Positions 1 through 8,585 of a stretch of DNA of 64,000 bases are shown here, piece after piece (within the stretch, counting starts at the first letter, position 1; each line of letters starts with the position of its first letter). The notes beneath the pieces are model-generated. The model made no database searches. It worked only from the letters and a program-made list of their open reading frames with translations, and was not told the origin of the DNA. Source of the DNA: Omnitrophica bacterium GWA2_41_15. GTDB taxonomy: Bacteria; Omnitrophota; Gorgyraeia; Gygaellales; UBA12090. The stretch lies in NCBI GenBank assembly GCA_919902675.1, contig CAKKRH010000001.1:3-64002 (forward strand). The letters run 5' to 3'. The translations under genes and the position numbers were made by a program.

Positions 1-1
1 G

Positions 2-457
2 GTTGCCTCTACCAGTGGAAATACCGCGGACAGGCTCTTTGAGCTGGCTAAGGCCGAAAAATTTAATATTATCGTGGTTACTCATGATGAAGGAAAAACG
101 GACGAGGAGCGCAGATTTAATGAAGATATCCGCAGAAAACTTCTGGCTAACAATATTACGGTGTATACCCATAATCAGAGCTTTATTTTCCTGCGCAAGG
201 TGATTAGTAAGCTTTTTGGCAGATTTGGCTTTCCCCGCTGGTATGGCCATTTAAGAAAAGCCAAAGAACAATACGGCAGCGGGATAAAGGTTTGTTATAT
301 CATCGCGCAGATGTTGATCGAGGGAAAGGTGTTAAGAGATGCTAAGGTAGTGGCGATTGCCGGTAGTAAAAGCGGGGCGGATAGCTGTGGGATATTTTCC
401 GTTAAGCCGGGTAATAAATGGCCGGTTTTAGAGGAGGTTATTCTAAATCGTTTATAG
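2..457 (+). CDS. pyruvate kinase C-terminal (alpha/beta) domain-like protein, 5' end outside window
   Basis: Frame 2 is open from the window edge (VASTSGNTADRLFELAKAEKFNIIVVTHDEG...). The track ORF 74..457 is only the GTG-internal part. VASTSG, VVTH and AIAGSKSGADS segments resemble stand-alone PK_C-like proteins. Confidence 0.55.
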   Translation, partial: VASTSGNTADRLFELAKAEKFNIIVVTHDEGKTDEERRFNEDIRRKLLANNITVYTHNQSFIFLRKVISKLFGRFGFPRWYGHLRKAKEQYGSGIKVCYIIAQMLIEGKVLRDAKVVAIAGSKSGADSCGIFSVKPGNKWPVLEEVILNRL

Positions 458-469
458 GAGGTTAAAACT

Positions 470-1102
470 ATGTGCGGAATTACGACAAAATGGAAGCAGG
501 CATTTTATGATGAGGTGGAGCCGATAAAGTTAAAAGATCCGCTCGCGGTATTCTTGGGGGCAATTAATGAGAATGAGGAGTTTATTTTTACCTATGAAGA
601 TGCGGTGAAGCTGGCCGGACACTCCTGCCCGGCAGTATCCGGGGCCTATAAGGTTACCGAAAAGGCGCTCAAGGCGCTCTACGGCAGTGAAATCCCAATC
701 AGGGGCGGAATCAGTGTCAAGGTTTTAGGCAGTATAGATAACGGGGCTAACGGGCCTATATCTCAAGTAATCAGCCTGATTACCGGAGCGGCTCCGGAAA
801 CCGGCTTTGCCGGCCTGGGTAATAGTTTTGTCCGTAAGAATAAGCTGATTTTTGATGAGCAGAATGAAGAGGCCAATGCCTTTATTTTTAGCCGGGATGA
901 CAATGGAAAATCAGTGAAGGTAACCTACCATCCGGAGAATGTCCCGGGAGATGAAGATATGCACAATCTTTTTACCAAATGCGTTGTGGGCACTGCCAAT
1001 GAGAAACAGAAAGAGAAATTCAAAGAAATGTGGCAGAAGCGGGTGAAGTGCGTCTTATTTGAAGAGGCAAAAGGCCTCTTTGACATTGAGAAGCTGAATT
1101 AA
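470..1102 (+). CDS. FmdE-like domain protein (hypothetical)
   Basis: 210-aa ORF with a GHSCPAVSGAY motif resembling the GHxCPG core of FmdE-family proteins. RBS GGAGG lies upstream. Confidence 0.35.
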   Translation: MCGITTKWKQAFYDEVEPIKLKDPLAVFLGAINENEEFIFTYEDAVKLAGHSCPAVSGAYKVTEKALKALYGSEIPIRGGISVKVLGSIDNGANGPISQVISLITGAAPETGFAGLGNSFVRKNKLIFDEQNEEANAFIFSRDDNGKSVKVTYHPENVPGDEDMHNLFTKCVVGTANEKQKEKFKEMWQKRVKCVLFEEAKGLFDIEKLN

Positions 1103-1104
1103 CA

Positions 1105-1479
1105 ATGAGTTGGAGCTGTCAGTATGAGGTTAAAGGTTCTTGTAAAAGGTTAAAACGGGATTGCCGGCCGGGGATGAAGGGCTGTGTCCTGGATCAAAAG
1201 GCGGAGTTTATCAGTTTTGAAACAGATGAAAAGGAGGTGCAGGCTATGGCGGAAAAAGTAGAAATCCTGGATTTGCGGCAGATGCCGCCGTTTCAGAGGC
1301 ATGAAAAGATATTCCAGACCTGGGACGCCTTAAAGCCCGGTGAGGCCTTAAAAATTATCAATGACCACGACCCCAAGCCATTATGGTATCAGTTTGAGGT
1401 GGAATATAAGGATAAGTATGCCTGGGAGTACGAACAGAAAGGCCCCAAGGATTGGATTGTAAAAATAAGCAAGAAATAA
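1105..1479 (+). CDS. DUF2249-like protein with Cys-rich N-terminus
   Basis: C-terminal DLRQMPPFQRHEKIFQTWDALKPGEALKIINDHDPKPLWYQFE matches the remembered DUF2249 pattern. The N-terminus carries 5 Cys. Confidence 0.5.
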   Translation: MSWSCQYEVKGSCKRLKRDCRPGMKGCVLDQKAEFISFETDEKEVQAMAEKVEILDLRQMPPFQRHEKIFQTWDALKPGEALKIINDHDPKPLWYQFEVEYKDKYAWEYEQKGPKDWIVKISKK

Positions 1480-2288
1480 GGTCGGCACTGGGCGCGTTTT
1501 ACTCCGCTGTCCCTAAACAGCACGGGGCCTGGATAGTGCTTATTGCCTGTTTTATCATCGGTTCCTGCGCGGGGGTAAGGTTTGGCCTGGAGTCAGTGAT
1601 TCTTTTGGTTTCGGTTATTGCCGCTTTCCTGGCCAGAGCCGCTCTGGGCCTGGGTTTGAGTCTTCCTGGAGAAGAAAAGGAAAGAAAAGGCTTGATTGCC
1701 TGGGTTATGTTTTACTCCGGGATGCTTTTGGTAAGCGGGATCTGGCTGGTAGCAGGGTATAAGCTATGGATTCTGGGGCTTATGGGTATTATCGGCTTGG
1801 GCCTGGCGGCATTTAGCCTGGTTTTAGAGAAAGTTAAAAAGGATATGACCCTATCAGGACAAATCATCAATATCATTGGACTTAGCTTGACTGCCCCGGC
1901 CGCGGAATATTGCGCCTCAGGTTCGTATTCGCCAAACACGCTTGGGGTATGGCTGGTCTGTGTTCTTTTTTTTCTGGGAAGCGTATTCTATGTGCGCTTT
2001 CTGGTGAGAAGGCGCCTTGAAGTAGCAGGGAAATTCGGCCAACGGCTGCGGGCAGGTTTTACTTCTCTGGTCTTTCATTTAAGCGCGTTGCTTGCGGTAA
2101 CGGCTTTAAGTAAATTTAGGGTGATTCCGTTATCCGCCCCGCTTGCCCTTGTTCCGGCCGCCTCTAAGGCGTTATGGCCGATAATCCGGCGCAGCCGAAA
2201 TTCCTATCCGGTCAAGCATATCGGCCGCTTAGAGCTTATCCATACCCTGGTTTTTTCGATTATTACGGTATTGGTTTTCACGGATTAA
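1452..2288 (+). CDS. YwiC-like polytopic membrane protein
   Basis: Multi-TM ORF with a PKQHGAWIVL N-terminal motif typical of YwiC-like proteins. The true start is probably downstream of the annotated overlap. Confidence 0.4.
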   Translation: MDCKNKQEIRSALGAFYSAVPKQHGAWIVLIACFIIGSCAGVRFGLESVILLVSVIAAFLARAALGLGLSLPGEEKERKGLIAWVMFYSGMLLVSGIWLVAGYKLWILGLMGIIGLGLAAFSLVLEKVKKDMTLSGQIINIIGLSLTAPAAEYCASGSYSPNTLGVWLVCVLFFLGSVFYVRFLVRRRLEVAGKFGQRLRAGFTSLVFHLSALLAVTALSKFRVIPLSAPLALVPAASKALWPIIRRSRNSYPVKHIGRLELIHTLVFSIITVLVFTD

Positions 2289-2309
2289 TAACAGAAAAGG
2301 AAGGCAAAA

Positions 2310-3515
2310 GTGAAACGTATAAATTTTGACCATCTGGCAGCCAGTCCGATCTTACCTGAGGTTCGAGAGGCGATGCTGCCATTTTTAGGCGGGGATTTCG
2401 GTAATCCTTTAAGCCGGCATTTCTTCGGGGAAAGGCCCAGAAAAGCCTTAGAAGAAGCCCGCGCCTCTACCGCCGGATTGATTAACGCGGCTTCGCCGGA
2501 AGAAATTATCTTTACCAGCTGCGGCAGTGAGTCTAATAATCTGGCAATTAAAGGCGCCTCAGGCGCCTGCGCCAAAAAAGGAAAGCATATTATTGCCAGC
2601 CCTATTGAGCATCACTCGGTGAGCCACCCATTAAAAAACCTGGAAAAGCAGGGTTACCGCATTTCCTGGCTTAAACCCGATGAAAAGGGCGGCATTAACC
2701 CGCGGGAGGCGTTATCCTTTATTAAGGAAGATACCATTTTAATTACCGTAACTTCCGCCTCAAACGAAATCGGGACCCTGGAGCCGATTAAGGAAATCGG
2801 CCGTATCGCCAGGGAAAAGGGGGTTGTTTTTCATACTGACGCGGTGGCCTGCGCCGGGCAGATACCCTTGGATGTTAAAGAGCTGAATGTGGACCTCTTG
2901 AGTCTGGCCGGAAATGTCTTTTACGGGCCATTAGGTTCCGGAGCCTTATATATAAGGAAGGGGGTAAGGATAGCGCCTCTAATAGAAGGTGGAATTCAGG
3001 AACGGTCCTTAAGGGCGGGGACGCATAATCTGGCCAACCTGGCAGGGATGGGTGTCGCGGCCAGGTTGGCCAAGGAAGAACTGCCTGAGCGCCAAAGACA
3101 TTTACTTAGCTTAAGAGAAAGGCTTATCACCGGAGTCTTGGAAAAGGTGCCTGATTGTTTTTTGACCGGAGAAAGGGATAGGCGCCTTCCCGGCCACGCC
3201 AGCTTCTGCGTTAAGTTTATTGAAGGAGAATCAATCCTTTTGCATTTGAATATGTTGGGCCTTGCCGCGACCAGCGGCTCAACCTGCTCATCGGAGGCGC
3301 TTAAGGTTTCCTCGGTCTTAGAGGCTATCGGGGTTGATCCTATCTGGGCCCAAGGTTCGCTGGTTTTTAGTTTAGGCATAGACAATACTCCGGAAGATAT
3401 AGAGGTGTTCTTGAAGGAGTTTCCCGGGGTAATTCAGAATTTACGGCTGATGTCGCCTTTGTTTGGCGAAGACATAGAGAAATTTCGCCAAATGAAGCAT
3501 CATCATGAACATTAA
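2310..3515 (+). CDS. cysteine desulfurase (NifS/IscS class V aminotransferase)
   Basis: 401 aa with end-to-end resemblance to NifS/IscS (FTSCGSESNN, SPIEHHSV, ATSGSTCSS active-site Cys loop). Confidence 0.85.
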   Translation: MKRINFDHLAASPILPEVREAMLPFLGGDFGNPLSRHFFGERPRKALEEARASTAGLINAASPEEIIFTSCGSESNNLAIKGASGACAKKGKHIIASPIEHHSVSHPLKNLEKQGYRISWLKPDEKGGINPREALSFIKEDTILITVTSASNEIGTLEPIKEIGRIAREKGVVFHTDAVACAGQIPLDVKELNVDLLSLAGNVFYGPLGSGALYIRKGVRIAPLIEGGIQERSLRAGTHNLANLAGMGVAARLAKEELPERQRHLLSLRERLITGVLEKVPDCFLTGERDRRLPGHASFCVKFIEGESILLHLNMLGLAATSGSTCSSEALKVSSVLEAIGVDPIWAQGSLVFSLGIDNTPEDIEVFLKEFPGVIQNLRLMSPLFGEDIEKFRQMKHHHEH

Positions 3516-3547
3516 CATATCGGCAGGTTAAAAGGAGGGTTAAGATA

Positions 3548-3766
3548 ATGAAAGAAAAAGTAGAAAAGGCTTTGGAGAGCATTCGCCCGGCTTTACAGGC
3601 AGACGGGGGAGATATACAATTAGTAAGCATTGAAGATGGAGTGGTTAAGGTGCGCCTTGAGGGTGCCTGCGGAGTCTGCCCTATGTCCAGCATGACTATG
3701 AGCCAGGGGGTGGAGCAGGCGGTGAAGAAGGCAGTGCCGGAAATAAAAAAGGTCATCGCGGTTTAA
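3548..3766 (+). CDS. NifU C-terminal domain (Nfu-type) Fe-S scaffold/carrier
   Basis: 72 aa with RPALQADGGD and GACGVCPMS (CxxC) motifs. Confidence 0.8.
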   Translation: MKEKVEKALESIRPALQADGGDIQLVSIEDGVVKVRLEGACGVCPMSSMTMSQGVEQAVKKAVPEIKKVIAV

Positions 3767-3814
3767 CCTGCCGGGGTAAACTCGCCGCAAGGAAAACAAA
3801 AATAAAAAATTTTC

Positions 3815-3872
3815 TTGACAAGTAATTATAGTGTGTTATTCTATTATTGATAACAGTAACTATTATTAATAA
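3815..3872 (+). promoter_or_regulatory. sigma70-like promoter plus two TTATTNATAA palindromes (candidate Fur/PerR operator)
   Basis: TTGACA 3815-3820, 16-nt spacer, TGtTATTCT extended -10 ending at 3842. TTATTGATAA at 3844-3853 and the perfect palindrome TTATTAATAA at 3863-3872 lie just before the fur-family start. Confidence 0.4.
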
Positions 3873-3873
3873 G

Positions 3874-4284
3874 ATGAAGACAAAAACCATAAGAAGAAAC
3901 ACGAGGCAAAGGCAGGTCATATTGGATGAGCTCTGTAAGGTCAAGACTCATCCCAGCGCGGATACCCTTTTTAAGATGGTCAGGAAGAAAATTCCCGATA
4001 TCAGCTACGGAACGGTATACCGCAACCTGAATCTGCTCAAGGAAGAAAATAAGGTATTGGAACTCAGCTTCGGCAAGCACAGCTGTCGTTATGACGGCAC
4101 AGTCAAAGAACACTTTCATTTCTTTTGCCTGGAATGTAAGAATGTTTTTGATGTGGAGGAAGCCGACATAGGGCAATTGGATAGAAAGATAGCTGATAAG
4201 ATGAATTTTAGGGTGGAGTATCACCGCTTGGAGTTTTTTGGATACTGCGATAGTTGCAAGGCCAAGGCAGCCGCGCGTATTTAA
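3874..4284 (+). CDS. Fur family transcriptional repressor (PerR-like by context)
   Basis: RNTRQRQVILDEL, HPSADTLF and two CxxC pairs (CLECK, CDSCK). ATG 3874 is preferred over the track TTG 3847. Confidence 0.8.
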   Translation: MKTKTIRRNTRQRQVILDELCKVKTHPSADTLFKMVRKKIPDISYGTVYRNLNLLKEENKVLELSFGKHSCRYDGTVKEHFHFFCLECKNVFDVEEADIGQLDRKIADKMNFRVEYHRLEFFGYCDSCKAKAAARI

Positions 4285-4314
4285 GGGAGCTTGAAAGAGA
4301 AAGGAGCTTGTGTA

Positions 4315-4533
4315 ATGGTAAAAGTGAAAACCTTTACTAATGAATTAAAGATTTTCCGCGCGATTAATGAGTTGAATGAATTGGATAAAAAGGCCAATGA
4401 TTTTATTAGAGAAAATAGTATCAAAAAGGTGATATCGGTAAGCGATACCTGCACGACTGATGATACCGGAGCGACTATCGGGATTATCCGGACGGTTGCG
4501 TATGAGGAAAATATTAAAGGGAGAAAACAATAG
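4315..4533 (+). CDS. small hypothetical protein (Cse60-like)
   Basis: MVKVKTF... ORF with AAAGGAG RBS. Loose resemblance to small Cse60/DUF2758-type proteins. Confidence 0.35.
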   Translation: MVKVKTFTNELKIFRAINELNELDKKANDFIRENSIKKVISVSDTCTTDDTGATIGIIRTVAYEENIKGRKQ

Positions 4534-4544
4534 GAGGAATAAAA

Positions 4545-5159
4545 ATGGAAGAGATAAAAGTTTTAAGCATAGGGCAGAAGGTTCCGGATTTTGAGATAAA
4601 CGTCTATTTCACCGAGAAAAAAGATTTTGGAAAGATAAGGTTTTCCGATATCTCCAAGAAAGGGAATTGGCTTGTTCTTTTCTTTTATCCGGCCGACTAC
4701 ACCTTTGTCTGCCCAACGGAGCTGGCCGATGCGGGCAGTATATATCCGGAGCTTAAAAAAGAGGGTATTGAGCTGGTTTCTATCTCTACCGATACCCATT
4801 TTGTGCATTATGCCTGGACAGGTTCAGAAAAACTTCTTGCGGATATAAAATATCCGATGGGCTCTGACCCTACCCATAACCTTTCCAGGGCTTTCGGGGT
4901 TTATGATGAGGAATCCGGCCTTTCTTTAAGAGGGACATTTATAATTGATCCCGACGGAAGACTTTTGGCCAGCGAGGTCAATTATTTCCCGGTGGGCAGG
5001 AATGCCGATGAGTTGTTAAGGAAAATCAAGGCCTTTAAGTATGTGCGGGAGAACCCGGCTAATGTTTGCCCGGCTAAATGGAGCCCGGGAAAGAAAACTT
5101 TAACTCCAGGCAAAGACTTAGTCGGCAAGGTCGGTGAAAGACTGGCCGCGGGAGTCTAG
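4545..5159 (+). CDS. peroxiredoxin (AhpC/Prx1-type 2-Cys)
   Basis: FFYPADYTFVCPTELA peroxidatic Cys motif and a C-terminal VCPAKW resolving Cys. Confidence 0.9.
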   Translation: MEEIKVLSIGQKVPDFEINVYFTEKKDFGKIRFSDISKKGNWLVLFFYPADYTFVCPTELADAGSIYPELKKEGIELVSISTDTHFVHYAWTGSEKLLADIKYPMGSDPTHNLSRAFGVYDEESGLSLRGTFIIDPDGRLLASEVNYFPVGRNADELLRKIKAFKYVRENPANVCPAKWSPGKKTLTPGKDLVGKVGERLAAGV

Positions 5160-5162
5160 TTA

Positions 5163-5218
5163 GTTTGCGGTTCACAGTCGACAGTTCAGAGTTGATGGTT
5201 GATAGTTCGCGGATAGCG
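5163..5218. repeat. degenerate heptanucleotide tandem array (8 units, GTTNANN type)
   Basis: GTTTGCG GTTCACA GTCGACA GTTCAGA GTTGATG GTTGATA GTTCGCG GATAGCG read directly after the peroxiredoxin stop. Confidence 0.7.
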
Positions 5219-5255
5219 GCGAAAAGAATTACTATTCGCGCGTGATTTAAATATT

Positions 5256-5311
5256 ATTTTGACAATGGGCTGGCTACGCGCTTAAGCCATGGTTGGCCCA
5301 TTGTCAAAATT
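5256..5311. promoter_or_regulatory. 15-bp perfect inverted repeat with 26-nt spacer, each arm containing TTGACA
   Basis: ATTTTGACAATGGGC (5256-5270) and GCCCATTGTCAAAAT (5297-5311). An inner TGGCT/AGCCA pairing is also present. Confidence 0.5.
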
Positions 5312-5322
5312 ATGAGGGTAAA

Positions 5323-5706
5323 ATGTTAAAAAGATTCTTTTTATATGTATTTCGCTGGCAATTAAGCACGCCAATATTATGGCTGGTAGTGCATAAACTG
5401 GGTGTAGGCTTAAGTGCCACTATTATTGCCAATTTGATCGGCGCGGGGATATTTTTCTGGGTGGATATATTTATTTTTGGCGGCCGTAAGAGCAAGAAAT
5501 CCGAAGGTATTGAGCTTTGGCATCTTAAGGAGGACGGCCGTTGCGGGGCTTGCGGAAAAAAAGACAGCCTTTGGCGTCTGGTAAAGACCGCCAACTATGA
5601 CCGCAGCGGCTCTAAGGCTGTTTTCTTGTGCCCGGATTGTTCTCGGGAAAAACTCGCCGAGTTAAAAAATAAGGGCATAGAAACAGCTTACCAGCAGGCG
5701 AGGTAA
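5323..5706 (+). CDS. hypothetical membrane protein with C-terminal zinc ribbon
   Basis: MLKRFFLYVF... with two predicted TM helices, then CGACG...CPDC. ATG 5323 with GAGGG RBS is preferred over track start 5293, which lies inside the inverted repeat. Confidence 0.45.
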   Translation: MLKRFFLYVFRWQLSTPILWLVVHKLGVGLSATIIANLIGAGIFFWVDIFIFGGRKSKKSEGIELWHLKEDGRCGACGKKDSLWRLVKTANYDRSGSKAVFLCPDCSREKLAELKNKGIETAYQQAR

Positions 5707-5708
5707 AG

Positions 5709-5948
5709 ATGAATAATGATTTTACTTGTTCGCTGTTAGTAGATACAAGCGGATTAGGGCTAAAGAAGCAGGAAGAAATTATTTCAGACAGGGTTAAATC
5801 CATGAACAGCGGAGAGAGTATCTGTTTTATTACCGATAACCGGGATTTCTCCGCCACAATCTCTTTTTTGTGTAAGGATATCAATGCCGGATTATCTGGA
5901 TTCACCGAATACGGCGATATGTATATGTTTGTTCTGGGTAAGCACTGA
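5709..5948 (+). CDS. hypothetical small protein
   Basis: 79-aa ORF translationally adjacent to the previous gene. No confident family. Confidence 0.3.
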   Translation: MNNDFTCSLLVDTSGLGLKKQEEIISDRVKSMNSGESICFITDNRDFSATISFLCKDINAGLSGFTEYGDMYMFVLGKH

Positions 5949-5975
5949 CTATAAGTAACGGTTTTTACCGTTGAT

Positions 5976-6749
5976 TTGGCCTTAAATTCTGCTATACTTA
6001 AATCTATGGTAGAAAAGACCCAAAGCTCGGTAGCCTCCCGGCTTAAATCCTGGCATGGGGAGGCCTGGCATACGCCCAAAGGAAGAATAATCCGGGATAT
6101 AGTCTATGCCCTGGACGCGGGTCTGGTTACTACGGTCTCTTTTGTGGCCGGGGCCTCGGCCTCTTTAGCGGTAAGAGAGAAGATAATCCTGGCTGGATTA
6201 ATCCAGATAGCTTCTGGCGTTTTGGCGATATTTTTCGGAGCGTATATTTCCACCAAGGCCCAGAAGCATTTTTTTGAAAGCCAGATTGAAAGAGAAAAGA
6301 AAGAAATAGAGGAAATGCCTCAGAAGGAAACCGCTGAAGTCAGGGAGATTTTCAGCGAAATGGGTTTTACTACAGAAGAGCAGGAAATCGCGGTTAAAAG
6401 GATTACTTCAGACAAGAAGCGCTGGCTTAAGTTTATGATTCAGGAAGAAATAGGTATTAGTCCGGAAAGCATTGATAATCCCCTGGAAATAGGTTTTGTT
6501 TCCAGCGTGTCTTTTTTTCTGGGAACGCTTCCGGCAATCGCGCCATTTTTTTTGGTAAATAATGTGTCTCTGGCCTTGTCCTTATCCGCGGTTTCGGTGC
6601 TTTTGTTTCTTTTTATCCTGGGAGCTGGGAAGACTAAATTCACTAAGGCGCATTGGTTTCTAAGCGGAATAGAAACTTTATTTCTCGGGGCCATATCCTG
6701 CGGCGCTGGGTTTTTATTGGGAAAGATTGCCGTCGCCTATTTCCATTAA
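5976..6749 (+). CDS. VIT1/CCC1 family iron (Fe2+/Mn2+) transporter
   Basis: DIVYALDAGLVTTVSFVAGAS N-terminal block, a central acidic helix region and C-terminal TM helices typical of VIT family. Confidence 0.7.
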   Translation: MALNSAILKSMVEKTQSSVASRLKSWHGEAWHTPKGRIIRDIVYALDAGLVTTVSFVAGASASLAVREKIILAGLIQIASGVLAIFFGAYISTKAQKHFFESQIEREKKEIEEMPQKETAEVREIFSEMGFTTEEQEIAVKRITSDKKRWLKFMIQEEIGISPESIDNPLEIGFVSSVSFFLGTLPAIAPFFLVNNVSLALSLSAVSVLLFLFILGAGKTKFTKAHWFLSGIETLFLGAISCGAGFLLGKIAVAYFH

Positions 6750-6795
6750 CTGTAACCGGAATTCCTCTCTTTGAGGCCGCGCGAGAACTTAAGAA

Positions 6796-7647
6796 ATGGA
6801 TAGAAAAATAACCTTTAAAGGCAATTCTTTAACTCTGGTTGGAAGAGGCATTAAGGCCGGCAATGCCGCTCCTTATTTCAGGGTAGTTGCCCAGGACTTA
6901 AAAGAGATTGGCCTCTCGGATTTTAGGAGCAAGGTTAAGCTTATTACCAGCTTTCCTTCAATAGATACCCCGGTGTGCGACCTGCAGGTTAAAGAGTTTA
7001 ATAGGAGGGCTGTGGGGCTGTCTTCGGATATCGTGATTATGGGAATAAGTAAAGACTTGCCTTTTGCCCAGGCCAGATTCTGCCAGGCCAATGATATTAA
7101 GAATATCTTAACTTTCTCGGATTATAAGTTTTCCTCTTTTGGCATTAATTATGGACTGCTGATAAAAGAGCTTAATCTTTTAGCCAGGGCGATAATTATC
7201 GTTGATAAAAATGACGTTCTCCGCTATATCCAAATAGTTGAAGAATTAACCACTGCCCCGGATTATAACGATGCCTTAAATAATTTAGAGCTGGTATTTA
7301 AAAACCCTCAAGGTGAAATTCAGACAGAACTTCCCGCTAAATGTAAGGCCTGCGAGGCAGGCGTCCCGGCTTTGGTCAAAGAAAAAATCGAAAAACTGCT
7401 GGCTAAATATCGGGGATGGGAGCTGATTGAGGATAAAAGAATAGTCAAAGAGTTTAAATTCAAGGATTTTACGGAAGCCAAGTATTTCCTGGATTTAGTT
7501 TCGGTTATCGCCCAAGAGCAAGGGCATCATCCCAATCTAACCTTAATTTACAACAAGCTTAAAATCACTCTAACCACCCATAGCTCAGGCGGCTTGACCG
7601 AAAACGATTTTATAATGGCTAAGATTATCGATGAGCTCCAAGGATGA
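6796..7647 (+). CDS. tpx: thiol peroxidase (Tpx) fused to pterin-4a-carbinolamine dehydratase (PCD/DCoH) domain
   Basis: Residues 1-165 align by eye with E. coli Tpx (SFPSIDTPVC, DLPFAQARFC, TTAPDYNDAL). Residues ~190-283 carry the PCD signature (GWEL...FKFKDFTEAKYFLDLV...GHHPNLTLIYNKLKITLTTH). Confidence 0.85.
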   Translation: MDRKITFKGNSLTLVGRGIKAGNAAPYFRVVAQDLKEIGLSDFRSKVKLITSFPSIDTPVCDLQVKEFNRRAVGLSSDIVIMGISKDLPFAQARFCQANDIKNILTFSDYKFSSFGINYGLLIKELNLLARAIIIVDKNDVLRYIQIVEELTTAPDYNDALNNLELVFKNPQGEIQTELPAKCKACEAGVPALVKEKIEKLLAKYRGWELIEDKRIVKEFKFKDFTEAKYFLDLVSVIAQEQGHHPNLTLIYNKLKITLTTHSSGGLTENDFIMAKIIDELQG

Positions 7648-7648
7648 T

Positions 7649-8158
7649 ATGAAAAAAGCGGCCGTATTAGTCGAAGACCAGTATCAGGTGCTGGAGGTCT
7701 GGTATCCTTATTTACGCCTGCGCGAAGAAGGCATAGAAACTGTCTTAGCCGGCACTGGCGCAAAAAAAGAATATAAGAGCAAGGAAGGCTATCCGGTTCA
7801 AGAGGATGTTCCTATAGATAAGATAAAGGTTGAGGATTTTAGCGCTGTGATTATTCCCGGAGGCTATGCCCCGGATATCCTGCGCCGTTATCCCAAGATA
7901 AATAGCTTTGTCCGGGATATGGATAGGACTGGGAAGATAGTGGCTTCCATTTGTCACGGCGGCTGGGTTTTGGCTTCCGCCGGAATACTAAAAGGAAGGA
8001 AGATAACCGCTTTCTCGGCCATCAAAGATGATATGGTCAACGCCGGAGCTGAGTTCTTTGACAGGGAAGTGGTGGTTGACGGGAATCTGATTACCTCGCG
8101 CAATCCCTATGACTTGCCAGCTTTCTGCCGGGAAATCATCAGAAAGATGAAAACTTAA
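7649..8158 (+). CDS. DJ-1/PfpI family protein
   Basis: AVIIPGG, the ICHGGWVLASAGIL nucleophile elbow, and TSRNPYDLPAF. Confidence 0.85.
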   Translation: MKKAAVLVEDQYQVLEVWYPYLRLREEGIETVLAGTGAKKEYKSKEGYPVQEDVPIDKIKVEDFSAVIIPGGYAPDILRRYPKINSFVRDMDRTGKIVASICHGGWVLASAGILKGRKITAFSAIKDDMVNAGAEFFDREVVVDGNLITSRNPYDLPAFCREIIRKMKT

Positions 8159-8171
8159 GGAGGGTTTACCT

Positions 8172-8585
8172 ATGGTCTGGATGGAATGGACTCAGGAATA
8201 CAGCGTTAATATCGCGGGAATAGATGATCAGCATAAAAAACTTATCGGGATTATTAATGAAGTTCACGAGGCTCTCTCTATTGAAGGCAGTAAAAAAGAG
8301 GCAATCAACAAAGTAATTAATGAGCTCTATGATTATACTAAATATCATTTTAGCGCCGAAGAAGAATTGATGCGTAAATTTTCTTACCCTCAGTATATCA
8401 ATCATAAATCAGCCCATGACAATTTTATAATGAAAGTAGTGGAGTTTCAGGATGAATTTCGTAAGGGGCGCATCCTGGTTTTGAACGTGGAGTTAAGCCA
8501 GTTCTTGAGGGATTGGCTGTTTAACCATATCTTAACCGTGGATAAGCTTTATTCGTCATTTTTTAACCAGCAGGGGGTCAAATAA
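8172..8585 (+). CDS. hemerythrin (bacteriohemerythrin)
   Basis: EWTQEYSVNIAGIDDQHKKL, HFSAEEELM, H...H and WLFNHI iron-ligand pattern. Confidence 0.85.
   Translation: MVWMEWTQEYSVNIAGIDDQHKKLIGIINEVHEALSIEGSKKEAINKVINELYDYTKYHFSAEEELMRKFSYPQYINHKSAHDNFIMKVVEFQDEFRKGRILVLNVELSQFLRDWLFNHILTVDKLYSSFFNQQGVK

Noticed and set aside
3-203. 66-aa ORF at the left edge
   Set aside because: It is out of frame with the longer open frame (frame 2), which carries the PK_C-like homology from the window edge.
3844-4224. 126-aa minus-strand ORF (and 3367..3756, also minus)
   Set aside because: Both are antisense to the Fur-family, NifS and Nfu genes and have no RBS or motifs. They are shadow ORFs.
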